From Pseudovirgaria hyperparasitica (Eukaryota), in NCBI GenBank assembly GCA_010093815.1, contig ML996568.1: a stretch of DNA of 64,000 nt; one strand, 5' to 3'. Shown here in pieces: positions 61,169 to 64,000 of the stretch. The notes beneath the pieces were generated by a model. The model was not told the DNA's origin. It made no database searches and worked only from the letters and a program-made list of their open reading frames with translations. A program made the translations under genes and the position numbers. Every line of letters starts with the position of its first letter. Positions within the stretch are counted from its first letter, which is position 1.

Positions 61169-64000
61169 ATGCTCTCGGCCTTCACAGCTCGACCCATTGT
61201 TGAGTTCAAGCAACGCGACAAGTCCAAAATCGAGTCGATTCTAGCATTCGGTGCGTCGGATTGTTGTGCGCATCTACTAGACTACTAACACATGACTAGG
61301 CGACCGCGTGTTAGTTGGCCTTCAGAGCGGTGCCTTGCGTATATACCGTGTCAATGAGCTACATGACCAGGACGTCCCAGAAGTTCAAGATGTAGATGGA
61401 GTAGAGGGTGAGGAAGTACATGAAGAGAAGATCAAACTTGCAGATCTCCTGCGAGAAGAAGAGAAGTTTTCGCGGAGACCAGTCCAGCAACTCGCCATCA
61501 TCAAGGAAGCCAGCATCCTACTCTCGCTCTCTGACAGTTATGTGTCTATCCATGACCTGAATAGCTATGCGCTTCAGGAGCGTCTCGAACGCACGAAAGG
61601 TGCGACCACATTCGCAGTAACATCTGACATCGTCATCAAGGATGAGATACCTTCGATCGTCACAAAGCTCGCGGTTGCGGTGAAGAGGAAGATACTCATA
61701 TGGTCGTGGCAAGACATGGAGGTGGACGAGGAGGTCACAGAGATGACACTGATTGCAGCTGTCAAATCGTTGACTTGGTCAACGAGGACGAAACTCGTCG
61801 CAGGCATGGATCCCGGCTTCGTTATGGTGGATGTGGATAGCCAGGAGATTACGGACATCAACAAGCCAAGTGCGCTTGGAGAGGCAGGCCCACCTGGCTC
61901 TGCGCGCTTCGGATCTGTAAACTCATCTGGAATGGGCTATATGGGTATGGGAAGCTGGATACCGAAACCTCTCGCTACGAGGCTGAAAGAAGGGCAAATG
62001 CTTCTCGCGAAGGATGTCAATACACTTTTCATCGACGAGGACGGCAATGCTCTCGACAAGCGACAGATACCTTGGCCTTCCGCCCCGGAGTCACTCGGAT
62101 ACTCTTATCCATATATGCTGGCTCTTTCTGCGCCAGCTAAAGGCGCCCTCGAAGTACGAAATCCCGACACCTTATCCTTGCTGCAATCAATCGCTCTACC
62201 TAATGCAAGCTTCATACATGTTCCGCAGCCATACATAAGCTTGGCTCATGCTGGCAAAGGCTTTCTCGTTGCCAGCGATCGCTGTATCTGGCGAATGGGT
62301 GCTCTTGACTACGATACCCAGATCGAGGACCTCATACACAGTGGACGGTACGATGAAGCCATTAGTCTGCTCAACATGCTGGAGGATACCCTCCTAAAGG
62401 ACAAGGAAGGCCAATTACGACGAGTGAAAATTCTCAAGGCACAAGGCTTCTTCCATCAGAAGAGATATCAGGATGCGATGGATCTCTTCGGAGAGGCGCA
62501 TGCGCCCCCTGAGCTCGTCGTTGCTCTGTATCCAAAATCGATAGCTGGTGAACTGTCGTCCTTTGAAGCCGAGCAGGAGCCTGAAAATGAAGCGGCCGCC
62601 GAGCCGCCCACTGAAGGCTCAAGCAGCGTGCCAGCTTCGCCAAATAAGAGCACTCTTGGGACAGCATCAACTCTAGGACGTGCTATGTTTGGAAAGTGGA
62701 AAGCGGAACACAAGGTACCCGACTCTGATGCCGCTTCGATACGATCAGAGAAGCCGAGTATGGACGATTCGGCTAGCGTTCGAGGAAAGCCTGCAGTAGA
62801 CAAGCCCCTTGAAGGAAAGGACTTCCTAAAAGCAGTGCACGCATTACAAGGCTTTCTTGCGGAGTCTAGAAAACAGATACAGAAATTTATTAACTTCGAC
62901 GGCACCCTAAAGCAGCCCCTCCCTACTTCCTCCGACTCTCAGGTAGAGCCAGAGAAGCCTGCTTTTCAGAAGTTTATCCTGGAACCTGAAGAAGGGGACA
63001 TCGACTGGACTCAAAAGCTGCTCGAAGTGGCAATTACAGTAGATACAGTACTATTCCGAGCATACATGATCAGGAGTCCAACAATGGCCGGCTCGCTGTT
63101 TCGCATCGAGAATTTCTGCGACCCTGAAGTTGTCAAGGAGAAGCTGTACGACAATGGCAGATATCTGGATCTGATCGACTTCCTTCATGGCAAGAAGCTC
63201 CATCGTGAAGCACTGGAGCTCTTGGAGAAGTTTGGTAAAGACGCGGCCGAGCAGAGCGGCAACCCGGCCTTGAAGGGACCTCAACGAATGGTCGGGTATC
63301 TCCAACAGCTCCCGCCAGATCTTGTCGAGCTCATATTCGAATTTGTGAAGTGGCCGCTCGAGGCTGACCCGAAGCTGGGCATGGAAGTGTTTGTGGCGGA
63401 TACGAAGAATGCGGATGATCTGCCCCGACACCGTGTGGCAGAGTATCTTGAGAACTTTGATTACAAGCTTGCAGTGGCTTATCTGGAGCATATCATATAC
63501 GAGCCTCACATTAACGAAGGAGAGCCACACTTCCACCAGAAGTTGATCGATCTATATCTGAGGCGACTAAAGTCCAGCGAAGGGGGAGAGTTTGGCGACT
63601 TTAGCTCTGAAGAAGAGCGCACGCAATGGAAGGAGAGCCTGGAGAAGATCCTGAAGACGAGTACTCACTACCACAGAGCCAAGGCATTCAGCCAACTCCC
63701 ATCAGAAGGTCCGTTTTTCCCAGTACCAGACCTAACACCATCAAACTAACAGCCCTCTACAGACCCCATGTACTACGAGTCCCGCGCCATCGTCCTCAGC
63801 TCCATGGGCCAACACAAACAAGCCCTACAGATCTACGTCTTCAACATCCAATCCCCGCAAAAGGCCGAAGAATACGCAAACGAAATCTACCGCTCCACCC
63901 ACCCGGCCCTCGACAGCACCTCCCATCCCCTCCACGCCACCCCAGATACCTCCCCCGACGACGACGCCGACCCAGGCATCTACCTCACCCTCCTCGCCCT
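61169..64000 (+). CDS. VPS39: HOPS subunit Vps39/Vam6 (CNH domain and helical repeats); partial at the window end; introns 61251-61299, ~63708-63761
   Basis: MLSAFTARPIVE..KSKIESILAFGDRVLVGL; ISLAHAGKGFLV; VDTVLFRAYM...LFRIENFCDP; KKLHREALELL; YESRAIVLS.MGQH. Confidence 0.93.

Overview
Eukaryotic DNA from an intron-rich filamentous ascomycete (Pezizomycotina; short GT-AG introns with CTRAC branch points). The window holds about 25 genes. Left to right: a partial NACHT (NLR-like) gene missed by the ORF track, a WW-domain protein, a HET-C2/GLTP, a tartrate dehydrogenase-like gene, IMP2, a ferric reductase with upstream SreA-type GATA boxes, a NUDIX hydrolase, a VCX1-like exchanger, a con-13-like secreted HExxH protein, GH114, a Clr5-domain protein, a DUF2470 protein, RAD7, a DUF7514-like protein, STE11, a 10-intron ADH, an Stc1-domain protein, PEX14/17, RPS10, SDE2 and a partial VPS39. 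An accessory-looking island of about 9 kb (~48.9-57.8 kb) carries RING-finger, ankyrin and UCH deubiquitinase genes, several decayed. The best observation is a 462-bp hAT-type non-autonomous element with an 8-bp TSD, TIRs and a 96-bp internal hairpin. It sits inside a RING-HC gene and carries splice signals that could remove most of it in frame. A recurring C-rich to G-rich skew flip is also visible at several loci. Family assignments come from motif recognition by eye, not database searches.
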